A DNA stretch of 64,000 nt from an uncultured cyanobacterium (GCA_963706595.1 OY970166.1:4864001-4928000), one strand, 5' to 3'; counted from the stretch's first letter, positions 1 through 9,841 are shown. The notes: generated from the letters alone by a model not told the origin. Numbers and translations: made by a program.

Positions 1-767
1 TTTTTCAGTAAAGCATCTGCCCTAGAGACAAAGACAAAGAGTACAATGTAAAGGATTACTAAAATTAGAGAGACTCCGATAATAATCGTGCGTTGGGTTG
101 ACCCAATCTCCTGCAACCAAGGGCTAACATCGGTATAGACCTCAAATACGCCGATTATCTTTTTGTTAGTCTGCTGATCATAAATCGGAATATAGCTTGC
201 GAGTAAATGACGATTTTCAATATTGCTAGTTAAAGCTGTGAAGGTATCTCGGTGTCCAATCTGACTGACAATTTGTCCAGATGTAGCCGCTTGAAAAGCA
301 GAAGATTTGGCTATATTATCTCCAATTTGAGCTAACTCCGTCGAGAATATCGTCCGCCCTTGCAAATCAAAAATCTTGACTTTGGCTATGGCCGAACCTT
401 GAACCTGGAGTAGTACTGCTCTATGAATCTGGCTAACTCTAGGGTTTGCTACTAGCTCTTGATCACTCAGGGTTTTGGTAGAGGAAATAAATGACCTATA
501 GTCTGTCCAGAGGTTATTCGCAAGTATTTTTGTGAGGATAGCATTATCTTCTTCCTTAATATTGACTAAGTTCTTTACAGCCTGCTGACGATAAAACCCA
601 GTCAGCCAGCCAATAGCCAGGGTAAATGAAAGGAGGCTAACAATCGAGAAATTTTGCAGTAACTTAAAACGTTTTGGCGATACCGAGGTATCCCCTAATA
701 AAAATCGGTTGAGGAATGTGTTTATTTTTAAACCGCGCGGTTGAGTGAACTTTATGGGTGAATTCAT
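1..767 (-). CDS. Membrane sensor protein, N-terminal part (probably histidine kinase or GGDEF-type; runs off the window)
   Basis: Manual translation from ATG at 767: MNSPIKFTQPRGLKINTFLNRFLLGDTSVSPKRFKLLQNFSIVSLLSFTLAIGWLTGFYRQQAV...VFEVYTDVSPWLQEIGSTQRTIIIGVSLILVILYIVLFVFVSRADALLK. Two TM segments flank an extracytoplasmic domain. Output domain not visible. Confidence 0.7.
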   Translation of the reverse strand, partial: MNSPIKFTQPRGLKINTFLNRFLLGDTSVSPKRFKLLQNFSIVSLLSFTLAIGWLTGFYRQQAVKNLVNIKEEDNAILTKILANNLWTDYRSFISSTKTLSDQELVANPRVSQIHRAVLLQVQGSAIAKVKIFDLQGRTIFSTELAQIGDNIAKSSAFQAATSGQIVSQIGHRDTFTALTSNIENRHLLASYIPIYDQQTNKKIIGVFEVYTDVSPWLQEIGSTQRTIIIGVSLILVILYIVLFVFVSRADALLK

Positions 768-1051
768 GGAAATATTAATTTTAATTAAAGTTGAATGGCA
801 TTAAAAAAAGGTGAAACCTCTCATTTAACAGGGTATGGTATGTAATATTTCAAACGATGGAATTTTAGTCCATCAAAGGGGACAACATCTTCTGGATTGA
901 CCACCCCCACACCCAAAAGCCTTGTCGATAATGGCTTTGCCGTTATCATTAGTGCCATTCAATTTTCGGGCTATATTGTAGGTTTTTATACACTGCGGAC
1001 TATGATGTAAGTTTTTATATACAACTATATCTCAATTTTATATTTATTTAT

Positions 1052-1185
1052 CTATAGGACTCCTATTTAATTTCTGAACATCAATACAACTCAAAATGGC
1101 TTTTTCCCACTCCCCACTCCCCACTCCCCACTCCCCACTCCCCACCTACGCAAGTAAGTTTAAAAATCAAAGCGGATTACTATAG
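1052..1185. mobile_element. MITE-like element containing a (CCCACTC)n STRR tract
   Basis: Imperfect terminal inverted repeats CTATAGGACTCCTATTTAATTT / AAAATCAAAGCGGATTACTATAG; heptamer tandem repeat at about 1107-1145. Confidence 0.55.
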
Positions 1186-1200
1186 TTGGGAATTTTTCGA

Positions 1201-1317
1201 TAAGTAAGTCGGTGCAGTAAAACCAAACTATGTAAACAAAAGTAAATAAGGCTCAAACTCTTTCTCCCCCTACCCCCTGCCTTATTGCAACAATAATTAT
1301 TTACGCCGACCTACTTA
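1201..1317. mobile_element. MITE-like element
   Basis: Inverted ends TAAGTAAGTCGGTGCAGTAAA / TTTACGCCGACCTACTTA. Confidence 0.55.
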
Positions 1318-1642
1318 AGCTGTTGCAAACTGTGAATGTAGTACACCGGGTTCTGGTTTTGGCGCTGCGGGTGAAGGCTAATTCCGCATTTCCGCTTTTA
1401 ATAGTCGGGAAAATGTCGAAGAAGCGGAGATTTATAAAATTTTAGGTGTCAAGGAAGTTTGGTTTTTTAGAAATAATCAATTTGAAGTTTATATTTTGCA
1501 GGGTGAAAATTATCAACAATTTGTCAAAAGTAAGTTATTGCCAAATCTAGATTTAGAAATATTGACGGAGTATGCGATCGCACCCGATCCTTTAGAGGCT
1601 ATACTAGCATTTCGGGAAAGAGTTAAAGCAAGTTTTGGTTAA
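1317..1642 (+). pseudogene. Chimeric remnant: LL-diaminopimelate aminotransferase C-terminal fragment joined to a Uma2-family nuclease C-terminal fragment
   Basis: Reads KLLQTVNV/(frameshift)[27 protein letters not shown] (DapL C-terminal motif), then in frame EIYKILGVKEVWFFRNNQFEVYILQGENYQQFVKSKLLPNLDLEIL...* (Uma2-like). No start codon. Confidence 0.65.
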
Positions 1643-1653
1643 AATTGTGTAGA

Positions 1654-2265
1654 TTATGGAATAAATTCGTTTAATGCTTCAACTAGAAGATGTACTGTTG
1701 TGCAAGGATTATCACTTTCGGCATTATGAGGGTTATATTGCTTGAGAAGATTTTTAGAGTGTTTGATAGCAGTAGCCTGTAGATGTTCTAACTCTTCATA
1801 AATTGAATCGGTATTTTTTTTATATTTATTCTTTAGAAATTTATTTAACTTACGAATATAATCTTGGCGAGGAAGTCCAGTATTGAGAAATTCAAAATGC
1901 AGTACATACCATAATTCAAACGCCTCATTAGAGTAAGCAAGGTTAAATCCTGCTTGTTTAGCATTTGCGATTGCATTGTTAAAATCTTGCATCGGGAAGT
2001 CATCTCGGTCAAATACGCACCAAACTTGGTCATAATTTTCTTTAGAAGATAACTCCTTTGCCTCTTCTACTAGCCTACTGGGGGTATATCCGAATCCTTG
2101 CACATCAACAGAAACTACATTTCGGGGAACACGAAAAGATTTAAAGTAATTTGGTTCAGTTTTTTCACCTTCACAAATAATTAAAAATGTTTGTCTTAAC
2201 TCTCTAGTGGCAACTTTTCTATCAGAATAACCACGATTTTGTGCTTTCCTTATATTTTTAGGCAT
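1654..2265 (-). CDS. RloB family protein (TOPRIM-like)
   Basis: Motifs LIICEGEKTEPNYF, VWCVFDRD, SNEAFELWYVLHF, NPCTTVHLLVE; overlaps the upstream ATPase by 8 nt. Confidence 0.85.
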   Translation of the reverse strand: MPKNIRKAQNRGYSDRKVATRELRQTFLIICEGEKTEPNYFKSFRVPRNVVSVDVQGFGYTPSRLVEEAKELSSKENYDQVWCVFDRDDFPMQDFNNAIANAKQAGFNLAYSNEAFELWYVLHFEFLNTGLPRQDYIRKLNKFLKNKYKKNTDSIYEELEHLQATAIKHSKNLLKQYNPHNAESDNPCTTVHLLVEALNEFIP

Positions 2266-3568
2266 CTGGATTACCCAAAATTTGGCTTAAGTTACCAATA
2301 AAGGGAATAGCGCCATATTTGCCTTTAATGTAGTCACTTTCAAATGAAGCATCATTCCTAATTGGATATTCGACGAGGGAATATAAATCTGTAGCACCAT
2401 ATTTAGTTTTCTCTGTAAACCAAATTTGATCTCTGCGAAATAGTTTGTTACTTAGCAGGTTGGTATCGTGAGTCATAAATATCAATTGTGCATTATTATA
2501 ATTTGTTTCTTGAGAGTTAAATATTTCCACGATGGCTTTGCTGATTAAAGGATGGAGTCTCGCATCAAATTCATCAAATATCAAAATACTACCACTTTTC
2601 AGCGTATTTACTAAAATTCCAGCAACAGAAAATATTTTTTGAGTTCCTTCTGACTCTTGATTTTCTAAATCAAATAATTCCAGAGAAATATGATTACCTT
2701 GCCCATCAAATTTTTGATGTCCAGTTTGAATTGATTTTGGTTTTGATTTTTGTTTTGCTATCATCTTAATCATTAATTCTTTAACTACTGGTGACGTATC
2801 TTTAGGCAAAGAATCTAGAGCATTTTCTGTTTCATTTAGTCTTATTTCTCTGATACCTAAATCTAGCTTTTTTATTAATCGAATAATTTCTTCTCTATTA
2901 TCATTATCTTCCGCTAAACAGCTAACTGTATAATTTAAATTTATGTTGTCTAATCCCGAAATTATTTTTATTTGTTTTGTAAGCCAATTGAGAATTTTAG
3001 CAGCTATTTCAACATTAAATTGAGCAGCTACTGATAGAAAAAGTGCATTATGTCTGGTTTTTGAATCAATTCCCCCACCTTTAAAAGTTTTAGCTATGTG
3101 AAATATATCAGTAGATTCTTCATAATTACGTTCAAAAAGCCGAGTTTCTCTTTTGTTAGGAACATAAAATAGCCACTCTGAAATAATCCTTTCTGGAGTA
3201 GCTTCAAATCCATATCTATACTTTTTACCATATAATAAAAGAACAATTTCAAAGAAAGATGGTTTGGTTTCAGTATCTGTATTAAGTCTAAATGGTTCAA
3301 CTCCTATTTTTTCTGTGCTTTGAGTTTCTTTAGAGGAATTAATCATAAACCAACTCATAAAGCTGATGGCTTTTGCTAGGTTACTCTTACCACTAGCATT
3401 AGCACCATAAATTGCCGCACTTTTGAGTAATGTAAGTTCATTATCTACTGCAAAAGTATTGTTATCATCAACTTTTGGGTCTTTGGCTTTAATATTAGCT
3501 GCAACCATGCTAAAGGTGACTTTATCTTTAAATGATCTGTAATTACCAATACTAAACTCTATAAGCAT
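2258..3568 (-). CDS. RloA-like AAA/ABC-type ATPase (AAA_21)
   Basis: Walker A GANASGKS, ESEGTQK signature, Walker B IFDEFD, QLIFMTHD, RRDQIWF, Y..GKYGAIP. Confidence 0.85.
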   Translation of the reverse strand: MLIEFSIGNYRSFKDKVTFSMVAANIKAKDPKVDDNNTFAVDNELTLLKSAAIYGANASGKSNLAKAISFMSWFMINSSKETQSTEKIGVEPFRLNTDTETKPSFFEIVLLLYGKKYRYGFEATPERIISEWLFYVPNKRETRLFERNYEESTDIFHIAKTFKGGGIDSKTRHNALFLSVAAQFNVEIAAKILNWLTKQIKIISGLDNINLNYTVSCLAEDNDNREEIIRLIKKLDLGIREIRLNETENALDSLPKDTSPVVKELMIKMIAKQKSKPKSIQTGHQKFDGQGNHISLELFDLENQESEGTQKIFSVAGILVNTLKSGSILIFDEFDARLHPLISKAIVEIFNSQETNYNNAQLIFMTHDTNLLSNKLFRRDQIWFTEKTKYGATDLYSLVEYPIRNDASFESDYIKGKYGAIPFIGNLSQILGNPDA

Positions 3569-3727
3569 AGTTAAGTTCTATTCCTAAAGGACATATTCGT
3601 GATATTTTCACAAATATCTAGTTTAAGCATAGCGGTGATCGAGATATTCTCAACTAATATTTTTTAAGTACATACGCACTATTAAAATGAATACAACTGT
3701 ACAGCTACCGTACGTTGAATTGTTGAT

Positions 3728-3759
3728 GGTGCGTTGCGCTGTGCGACAACACACCCTAA
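3728..3759 (-). repeat. REP copy of the family flanking the RAYT gene at 40613
   Basis: GGTGCGTTGCGCTGTGCGACAACACACCCTAA is near-identical to 41171-41202. Confidence 0.75.
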
Positions 3760-3902
3760 CATTTTGTTTGTATTTAGCCTACCTGCTTAGGGAAGCTGAA
3801 TGATATAAGAGGCGATCGCACAAACAAACTCAAATAAATTGATGTGAAACTAAGATCGGCTTACAATGAGTGTCGGGAGTGTCATAACCCAGACAAACTT
3901 AG

Positions 3903-5729
3903 ATGAATGCTGACGAATTTTTCCAACAGGGATTTAATAAACATTTGCAAGGGGACTATCAAGAAGCCATTGCAAGTTATACTCAGGCGATTCAGCTACA
4001 TCCAGACTACGCCGAAGCTTACTATAACCGGGGTCTGATTCTCAGCGCTGAACTTCAAGATTATCATGGCGCGATCGCGGACTTTAATCAAGCAATAGAT
4101 ATTAATCCCCAGTTTGCTGAAGCATATTGCAACCGAGGGAATGGGCGTTACTTTTTAGGCGATTATGAAGGTGCGATCGCTGACCATAACCAAGCCATAC
4201 AAATTAAGCCCAATTTTGCCCAATCCTATCACAGTCGGGGTAATGCCTACTTAGCTTTAGAAAAATATGACCAAGCGATCGCAGATTATCAACAAGCCAT
4301 CGAAAATAGTCCCCAGTTAGCGACCCAAATTAACTGCGATATTGCCAAAGCTTTACATAATCGCGGTGTGGCGCGTTGCAATTGCGGCGATAATCAAGGT
4401 GCGATCGCAGATTTTCAACAAGCTTTACAATGGCATCCTTATTTTGCTCCAGCTTACAGCAGTAGAGGTAATATTTATCATATTTTAGAGAATTATCAGC
4501 AAGCGATCGCTGAACATGACCGCGCCTTACAACTAGATCCAAATTTAGCTGAAGTTTACCATAATCGAGGTAATGCCCGCTATGCTCTACAAGACAATCA
4601 GGGCGCTATCAAAGATTACAATCAGGCTTTAAAAATTAACCCCAACTTTGCGGAAGCATACTACAATCGGGGTCTTGTTTATTCTCGTCTCCAAGATTTT
4701 CAGCCAGCATTAGCTGACTTTAACCAAGCGCTGATATTGAACCCGGACGATATCCAAGCATACTCTGAACGAGGTTTGGTTCAAGAAGCTTTAGGAGACT
4801 ATCACCAAGCTCTTGATGATTATAGCCAAGCATTACAAAAAAACCCGACGTTAGCTTTAGTATACGGCTATCGGGCTAATGTTCGTCGCCTATTGGGAGA
4901 TTATCAAGGGGCAATTGATGATAGTAATCGACTCATACAACTTGATCCCAATTTAGCTCAAGGATACTGCGATCGCGCTACAAGCCGCCGTAGTCTAGGA
5001 GATTATCAAGGGGCAATTCAAGACTATACAATGGCATTGCAGATGAATCCTCATTTAGCCCCAGCTTATTATGGCCGAGGTATTGCTTACGAAATTTTGC
5101 AAGATTTCCTCGCCGCAGTCGCAGATAATACTCAAGCCATTGGGCTGTTTCCTGACTTTTCCCAAGCCTATTGTAACCGGGGTAATGCTCATCGTTTTTT
5201 AGGAAATGAACAGCAGGCAATGGCAGATTATAATCAAGCATTAGAAATCAATTCTGATCTAATCGAAGCTTATTACAATCGGGCTGCTTTGTGCTACGCA
5301 CTGAAAGATTATCAGGGTGCAGTTGCAGATTACACCCAAGTATTAAAGAGAAATCCTCAATCGGCGACATTTTATAGCGATCGCGCCAATGCTCGCTATG
5401 CTTTACAAGACTATCAAGGAGCCATAGAAGATTATAATCAAGCCCTGGCTATAGATTCTAGTAGGGCTGAAGACTGGTATAACCGTGGACGTAGCCTTTC
5501 GATTCTGGGTGATTTAACCGCCGGTTTGGTTGATTTGAACCAAGCCTTACAACGTCAGCCTTATTGGGCTTCAGCCTTGATGCTGCGGGCTGATATTCGC
5601 CGTCGCCTAGAAGATTATCAAGGTGCAATTGCCGATTTCCAAAAATCTGCGGATATTTATCATCGAGACGGAAATATAGAGTATTATCAACAAATTATTG
5701 AGGCGATCGCACAAATTGAGTATTCATAA
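3903..5729 (+). CDS. Tetratricopeptide repeat protein
   Basis: Serial 34-aa AYYNRG...GDYQGAIADYNQAL..NP repeats over the whole length. Confidence 0.9.
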   Translation: MNADEFFQQGFNKHLQGDYQEAIASYTQAIQLHPDYAEAYYNRGLILSAELQDYHGAIADFNQAIDINPQFAEAYCNRGNGRYFLGDYEGAIADHNQAIQIKPNFAQSYHSRGNAYLALEKYDQAIADYQQAIENSPQLATQINCDIAKALHNRGVARCNCGDNQGAIADFQQALQWHPYFAPAYSSRGNIYHILENYQQAIAEHDRALQLDPNLAEVYHNRGNARYALQDNQGAIKDYNQALKINPNFAEAYYNRGLVYSRLQDFQPALADFNQALILNPDDIQAYSERGLVQEALGDYHQALDDYSQALQKNPTLALVYGYRANVRRLLGDYQGAIDDSNRLIQLDPNLAQGYCDRATSRRSLGDYQGAIQDYTMALQMNPHLAPAYYGRGIAYEILQDFLAAVADNTQAIGLFPDFSQAYCNRGNAHRFLGNEQQAMADYNQALEINSDLIEAYYNRAALCYALKDYQGAVADYTQVLKRNPQSATFYSDRANARYALQDYQGAIEDYNQALAIDSSRAEDWYNRGRSLSILGDLTAGLVDLNQALQRQPYWASALMLRADIRRRLEDYQGAIADFQKSADIYHRDGNIEYYQQIIEAIAQIEYS

Positions 5730-5877
5730 TCTTTGTACACAAATGACACTAATTTCCCAGTGAGTGTAATACATCAAAAAGTAATCAATCACAGATGCAG
5801 TCACGAAATCAATCTGTAGTTCATGTCAATGAAAATTTCTGTATATGTAAGTTAGCTACATTTTTTCCTCAGTTGTC

Positions 5878-5908
5878 TCCGAAATAATTGTAGAGAATTG
5901 TCTATTTT
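5878..5908 (+). promoter_or_regulatory. Possible DIF1-like (heterocyst-specific) promoter for the RGSGR ORF
   Basis: TCCGAA (5878-5883, one mismatch to TCCGGA), then GTAGAGA (5890-5896) and TATTTT (5903-5908). Spacing is imperfect. Confidence 0.35.
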
Positions 5909-6065
5909 TTATTATTGTTTGGTTATCATGCTCTGCTAATGTGGCGTGTAATGCTGTTGCACATCTCATAATTTTGCTAGAATATATTCAAAGCTTTGTG
6001 GAATCTTCTCTTCGTAAACTTTCCTGTGCTTGTAAAAATTACCATCAACTTACCGCATTAACATT

Positions 6066-6233
6066 ATGAACCGCTTCACTGCTGGCTTGTTTGTAGGTTT
6101 GCAAGCGTCTATGTCATCTCTGTCTATTTCTCAGAGAAACGATAGTGCTAAACACCTACCTCTTTCTAACTATATGTATGACGGTGGACTTAACTTTGAC
6201 CGTGGATCGGGACGCATCGGGCGCGGTTGCTAA
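6066..6233 (+). CDS. Small RGSGR-motif protein (PatS/PatX-like heterocyst-inhibitor candidate), 55 aa
   Basis: MNRFTAGLFVGLQASMSSLSISQRNDSAKHLPLSNYMYDGGLNFDRGSGRIGRGC*; RGSGR at 6201-6215. Below the ORF-track size cut-off. Confidence 0.65.
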   Translation: MNRFTAGLFVGLQASMSSLSISQRNDSAKHLPLSNYMYDGGLNFDRGSGRIGRGC

Positions 6234-6699
6234 ATCCGCCTTAATTAAGTTGAATGTTCTCTCACTTGAGTAATTACTAAAATATTCATGAGAGAAATTA
6301 AGCAATGCGGTCGCTAATACTCTGTTCTGGAAATCATCCCATGAGCCAGAATTCTGCCAAGCGATCGCATTAAATTACAGCAGTTTGTAAGTATCGGACA
6401 TCAACAGATAATCAACCAAAGATGGACACAGATAAATCTGTACCTCATCTATATGAAAACTGCTGTATCATTAATCCCAGGTCATTTACAACTTGATGGC
6501 CTGTTGTTTTCTCTAGGAAAAAATTAATTTTAGCTGGGGAGTAGGGAGTAGGGAGTGGGGAGTGGGAAACAGCTTTTTGAGTTGTCAGCGCAAAACGCAG
6601 GCTGCGCCAACAAAAATCAAAGAGGAGTCCTATATGATAAAATATATACAATTGAATATCTTTAATATTTTTGCCCCAAATCAATAATAATTTCAGACA

Positions 6700-7170
6700 A
6701 TGGCTAAAGAAATAGAGCGTAAATATTTACTCAAAGAAGATAGTTGGCGAAAATTAGCTCAAGGAAGTGTATATTGTCAAGGATACATTGCGACACAAGA
6801 TCAAGCTCAAGCTACTGTACGTGTGCGGATAGTAGGAAAACAAGGTTACTTAACTATTAAGGGACCTAGCGTTGAATGTTCCCGATTAGAGTTTGAGTAT
6901 CCCATTCCTGTAGAAGATGCTCACGAAATGCTAAATACATTGTGTCAAAAACCTTTTATTGAAAAAATTAGATACAAAGTAGAATGGGGTGGTTTGATTT
7001 GGGAAATAGACGAATTTGATGGTCTAAATAAAGGACTAATCATAGCAGAAGTTGAACTCAGTGATGCAAATCAAGAAATTTCACTACCGCCGTGGATTGG
7101 TGAAGAAGTATCCCATGATCCTAGATATTTCAATAGCTATTTGGTAACAAACCCCTTTTCGCAATGGTAA
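6700..7170 (+). CDS. CYTH-domain protein (possibly HetY-like)
   Basis: N-terminal EIERKYL (ExExK), VRVR...YLTIKG, WEIDEF, AEVEL, DPRYFN. Confidence 0.85.
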   Translation: MAKEIERKYLLKEDSWRKLAQGSVYCQGYIATQDQAQATVRVRIVGKQGYLTIKGPSVECSRLEFEYPIPVEDAHEMLNTLCQKPFIEKIRYKVEWGGLIWEIDEFDGLNKGLIIAEVELSDANQEISLPPWIGEEVSHDPRYFNSYLVTNPFSQW

Positions 7171-7221
7171 TTGTGCCTAATTAATTGATAACTGATAACT
7201 GGTAACTGATAACTGATAAAT

Positions 7222-7590
7222 ATGGTTTTTCAATATACCGAAGCACTCGTAACCATAGCATCTATTAACTTTGCAGACTTGGTTAATTTCTATACCAAAT
7301 TACTTAATAAACAACCATTTTCTCTCATCCCTAATGTTTATGCAGAGTTTCAACTTCCTGGTGTGCGATTGGGGATTTTTCAACCTCAAAAAAACCATAT
7401 ATCGGAATTTGCCAACTCAGCCAACAGTCAGATCAGTTTGTGTTTAGAAGTGAGTAATTTAGAACAGGCGATCGCACACCTAGCAAACTTAGGCTATCCA
7501 CCCCCCGGCGAAATCTCCACAGCATCCCACGGTAGGGAAATTTACGCTTATGACCCCGATGGCAATCGCTTAATTTTACATCAAAGATAG
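7222..7590 (+). CDS. VOC/glyoxalase family protein
   Basis: FYTKLL, LCLEVSNLE, HGREIYAYDPDGNRLILH. Confidence 0.8.
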   Translation: MVFQYTEALVTIASINFADLVNFYTKLLNKQPFSLIPNVYAEFQLPGVRLGIFQPQKNHISEFANSANSQISLCLEVSNLEQAIAHLANLGYPPPGEISTASHGREIYAYDPDGNRLILHQR

Positions 7591-7712
7591 ATAACTTCCA
7601 AATAAACAAACACTCAATAAACCTCTCCTTTCCTGATTTCTCTGTGTCCTCTGTGCCTCTGTGGTTTATTTCTTAAAAAAATGTTATAATTAGTGGTTAT
7701 TACTAATTAAAT

Positions 7713-8597
7713 ATGTCTTTAACTCAAAACTATAAATTAAATCTGATTCAATGGTATCCAGGTCACATTGCGAAAGCGGAAAAAAAGCTGAAAGAACAGC
7801 TAACGCGGGTAGATGTGGTACTGGAAGTCCGAGACGGGCGAATTCCCTTAGCCACACACCACCCCCAAATAGATGAATGGGTGGGAGATAAACCACGGGT
7901 ATTGGTATTGAATCGACTAGATATGATTTTCCCCCAAGTGCGATCGCAGTGGGTAGATTGGTTTAAGCGTCACGGTGAAGTCGCCTATTCTACCAACGCG
8001 AAACAAGGTCAAGGGATAACAGCGATCGCCAAAGCCGCCCAAGCAGCAGGAGTACAGCTTAATCAAAGAAGAAGCGATCGCGGGATGTTACCTCGTCCAG
8101 TGCGAGCTGTAGTCATTGGTTTTCCCAACGTAGGTAAATCTGCCTTAATTAACCGTCTTCTAGGAAAGCGAGTCGTAGAAAGTGCAGCCCGTCCGGGGGT
8201 AACTCGTTCCTTACGTTGGGTGAGAATTTCCGAACACTTAGAATTACTAGATTCTCCTGGTATTATACCTTTGAGAATGGGAAATCAAGAAGCCGCGATT
8301 AAATTAGCAATTTGTGATGACATTGGTCAAGCGTCTTATGATAATCAATTAGTAGCAGCCGCCTTCATCGATTTACTCAACGAACTGCAAGAAACAGCCG
8401 CACATTTATTACCACCATCACCCTTATACACCCGCTACCAACTTGACCCCGTAATGTACACCGGAGAAAGTTATTTACACGCCTTAGCCGAACATCGTTA
8501 CAAAGGTGACGTAGAACGCACAGCCAGACATCTATTAACAGATTTTCGTAAAGGTTTATTAGGCACTATACCCCTGGAATTACCACCTAATTTTTAG
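7713..8597 (+). CDS. ylqF: Ribosome biogenesis GTPase YlqF/RbgA
   Basis: IQWYPGHIAKA; circularly permuted G motifs NRLD, GFPNVGKS, PGVT, DSPG. Confidence 0.93.
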   Translation: MSLTQNYKLNLIQWYPGHIAKAEKKLKEQLTRVDVVLEVRDGRIPLATHHPQIDEWVGDKPRVLVLNRLDMIFPQVRSQWVDWFKRHGEVAYSTNAKQGQGITAIAKAAQAAGVQLNQRRSDRGMLPRPVRAVVIGFPNVGKSALINRLLGKRVVESAARPGVTRSLRWVRISEHLELLDSPGIIPLRMGNQEAAIKLAICDDIGQASYDNQLVAAAFIDLLNELQETAAHLLPPSPLYTRYQLDPVMYTGESYLHALAEHRYKGDVERTARHLLTDFRKGLLGTIPLELPPNF

Positions 8598-8647
8598 ACC
8601 AGATTATGGCCAGAGATCAATGATTTCCATTAAAATATGTGTCTTGA

Positions 8648-8753
8648 TATAGCGGTATGCATTTGAATGAAGTACATCATAGCCCCCTCCTCGCTTGCGG
8701 GGAGGGGGTTGGGGGTGGGGTTCTTGTATCTCACTTAACTGATAACCGCTATA
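8648..8753. mobile_element. MITE-like element (TATAGCGG...CCGCTATA)
   Basis: Inverted ends around core CCCCTCCTCGCTTGCGGGGAGGGG. Close copy at 23358-23462; same core at about 9589, 19560-19600 and 43325-43345. Confidence 0.65.
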
Positions 8754-8785
8754 GAAAAATCAAAATAACCATACAAAAGGAAAAA

Positions 8786-9397
8786 ATGACAGAAATTATG
8801 GGCAGACAATACACTCTAATCATAGATAAATCCGGCAGCATGGAAAGCCCTAGTAGCGAACTTCCAGGCAAAAGCAGATGGCAAGTTATGCAAGAGAACA
8901 CCTTAGCCTTAGCTTCCAAGTGTGACCAGCTAGACCCAGATGGTATCAATGTCTACGTCTTTTCTGGCAGACACAAAATGTACTCTGGTGTAACTGCTAA
9001 TAAAGTCAAGCAGATATTCCAAGAAAATAACCCAGCTGGAAGCACCAACTTAGGAGGCGTACTGAAAGCCGCTTTCGATGACTTTTTCAACCGTCGAGAA
9101 CAAGGTTTAACGCCAAACGGTGAGACAATTATTGTGGTTACAGATGGTGAGCCAGATGACCGTAAGTCTGTGTACGAACAGATTATCCTCGCCAGCCGCA
9201 AAATAGATAGTGACGAAGAATTAGCGGTGCTATTCTTTCAAATTGGTGATGATGCAAGTGCTACTCAATTTCTCCGCTCAGTAGATGACGAGTTGACCAA
9301 CGCAGGTGCAAAATTTGATATTGCTGATGTTACAACTTCTGATGAAATAGAAGACATCGGTTTTGCCGCAGCTTTAGAAAAAGCGATCGTTGATTAA
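8786..9397 (+). CDS. von Willebrand factor A (VWA) domain protein
   Basis: MIDAS motif DKSGSM, GSTNL, VVTDGEPDD. Start moved to ATG 8786 (AAGGA upstream) because the ORF-track extension is MITE sequence. Confidence 0.85.
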   Translation: MTEIMGRQYTLIIDKSGSMESPSSELPGKSRWQVMQENTLALASKCDQLDPDGINVYVFSGRHKMYSGVTANKVKQIFQENNPAGSTNLGGVLKAAFDDFFNRREQGLTPNGETIIVVTDGEPDDRKSVYEQIILASRKIDSDEELAVLFFQIGDDASATQFLRSVDDELTNAGAKFDIADVTTSDEIEDIGFAAALEKAIVD

Positions 9398-9412
9398 TTC
9401 ATAATTCCTAAT

Positions 9413-9740
9413 TAGAGGATGTTTTAAAAGTCTTATTGTCGCTAGCAAAACATTTTAGATCCCCCTAAATCCCCCTTGAGAAGGGGGACTTTGATCACTA
9501 TTCCCCCTTTTTAAGCTATGGTGTACACACATCCTGAGTTAAAAAGAGTTTTCAGCCCTAAAAACCGAATTTATTTTTAAATCCAGTTCCCCTCCTCGCT
9601 TGCGGGGAGGGGCTAGGGGTGGGGTCTTATGACACAAAAGAGAATTTACATTGTGTGTACACCGTAGCTTTTTTAGGGGTGCTAGGGGGGATTATTAAGT
9701 GCCTAAAATCACAGCCGGATACTTTTGAAACAACCTCTTA
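9413..9740. mobile_element. Nested MITEs
   Basis: Outer TAGAGGATGTTTTAAAAGT...ACTTTTGAAACAACCTCT (family also at about 13735-13900 and 38028-38230). Inner GCTATGGTGTACACACA...TGTGTGTACACCGTAGC at 9515-9668 (family also at 43347-43506). Confidence 0.65.
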
Positions 9741-9841
9741 GGCACTGCTTTAGGTGTAGAGACGTTCTATAGAACGTCTCTACAGAGGTTTTCATATCAT
9801 AAATCGCGTTCAGATATCAAATTAGCAACGCCCATTTATTT

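Noticed and set aside
5846..5860. NtcA site upstream of the RGSGR ORF (TGTAAGTTAGCTACA)
   Set aside because: Spacing is GTA-N7-TAC, not the canonical N8; too weak to call.
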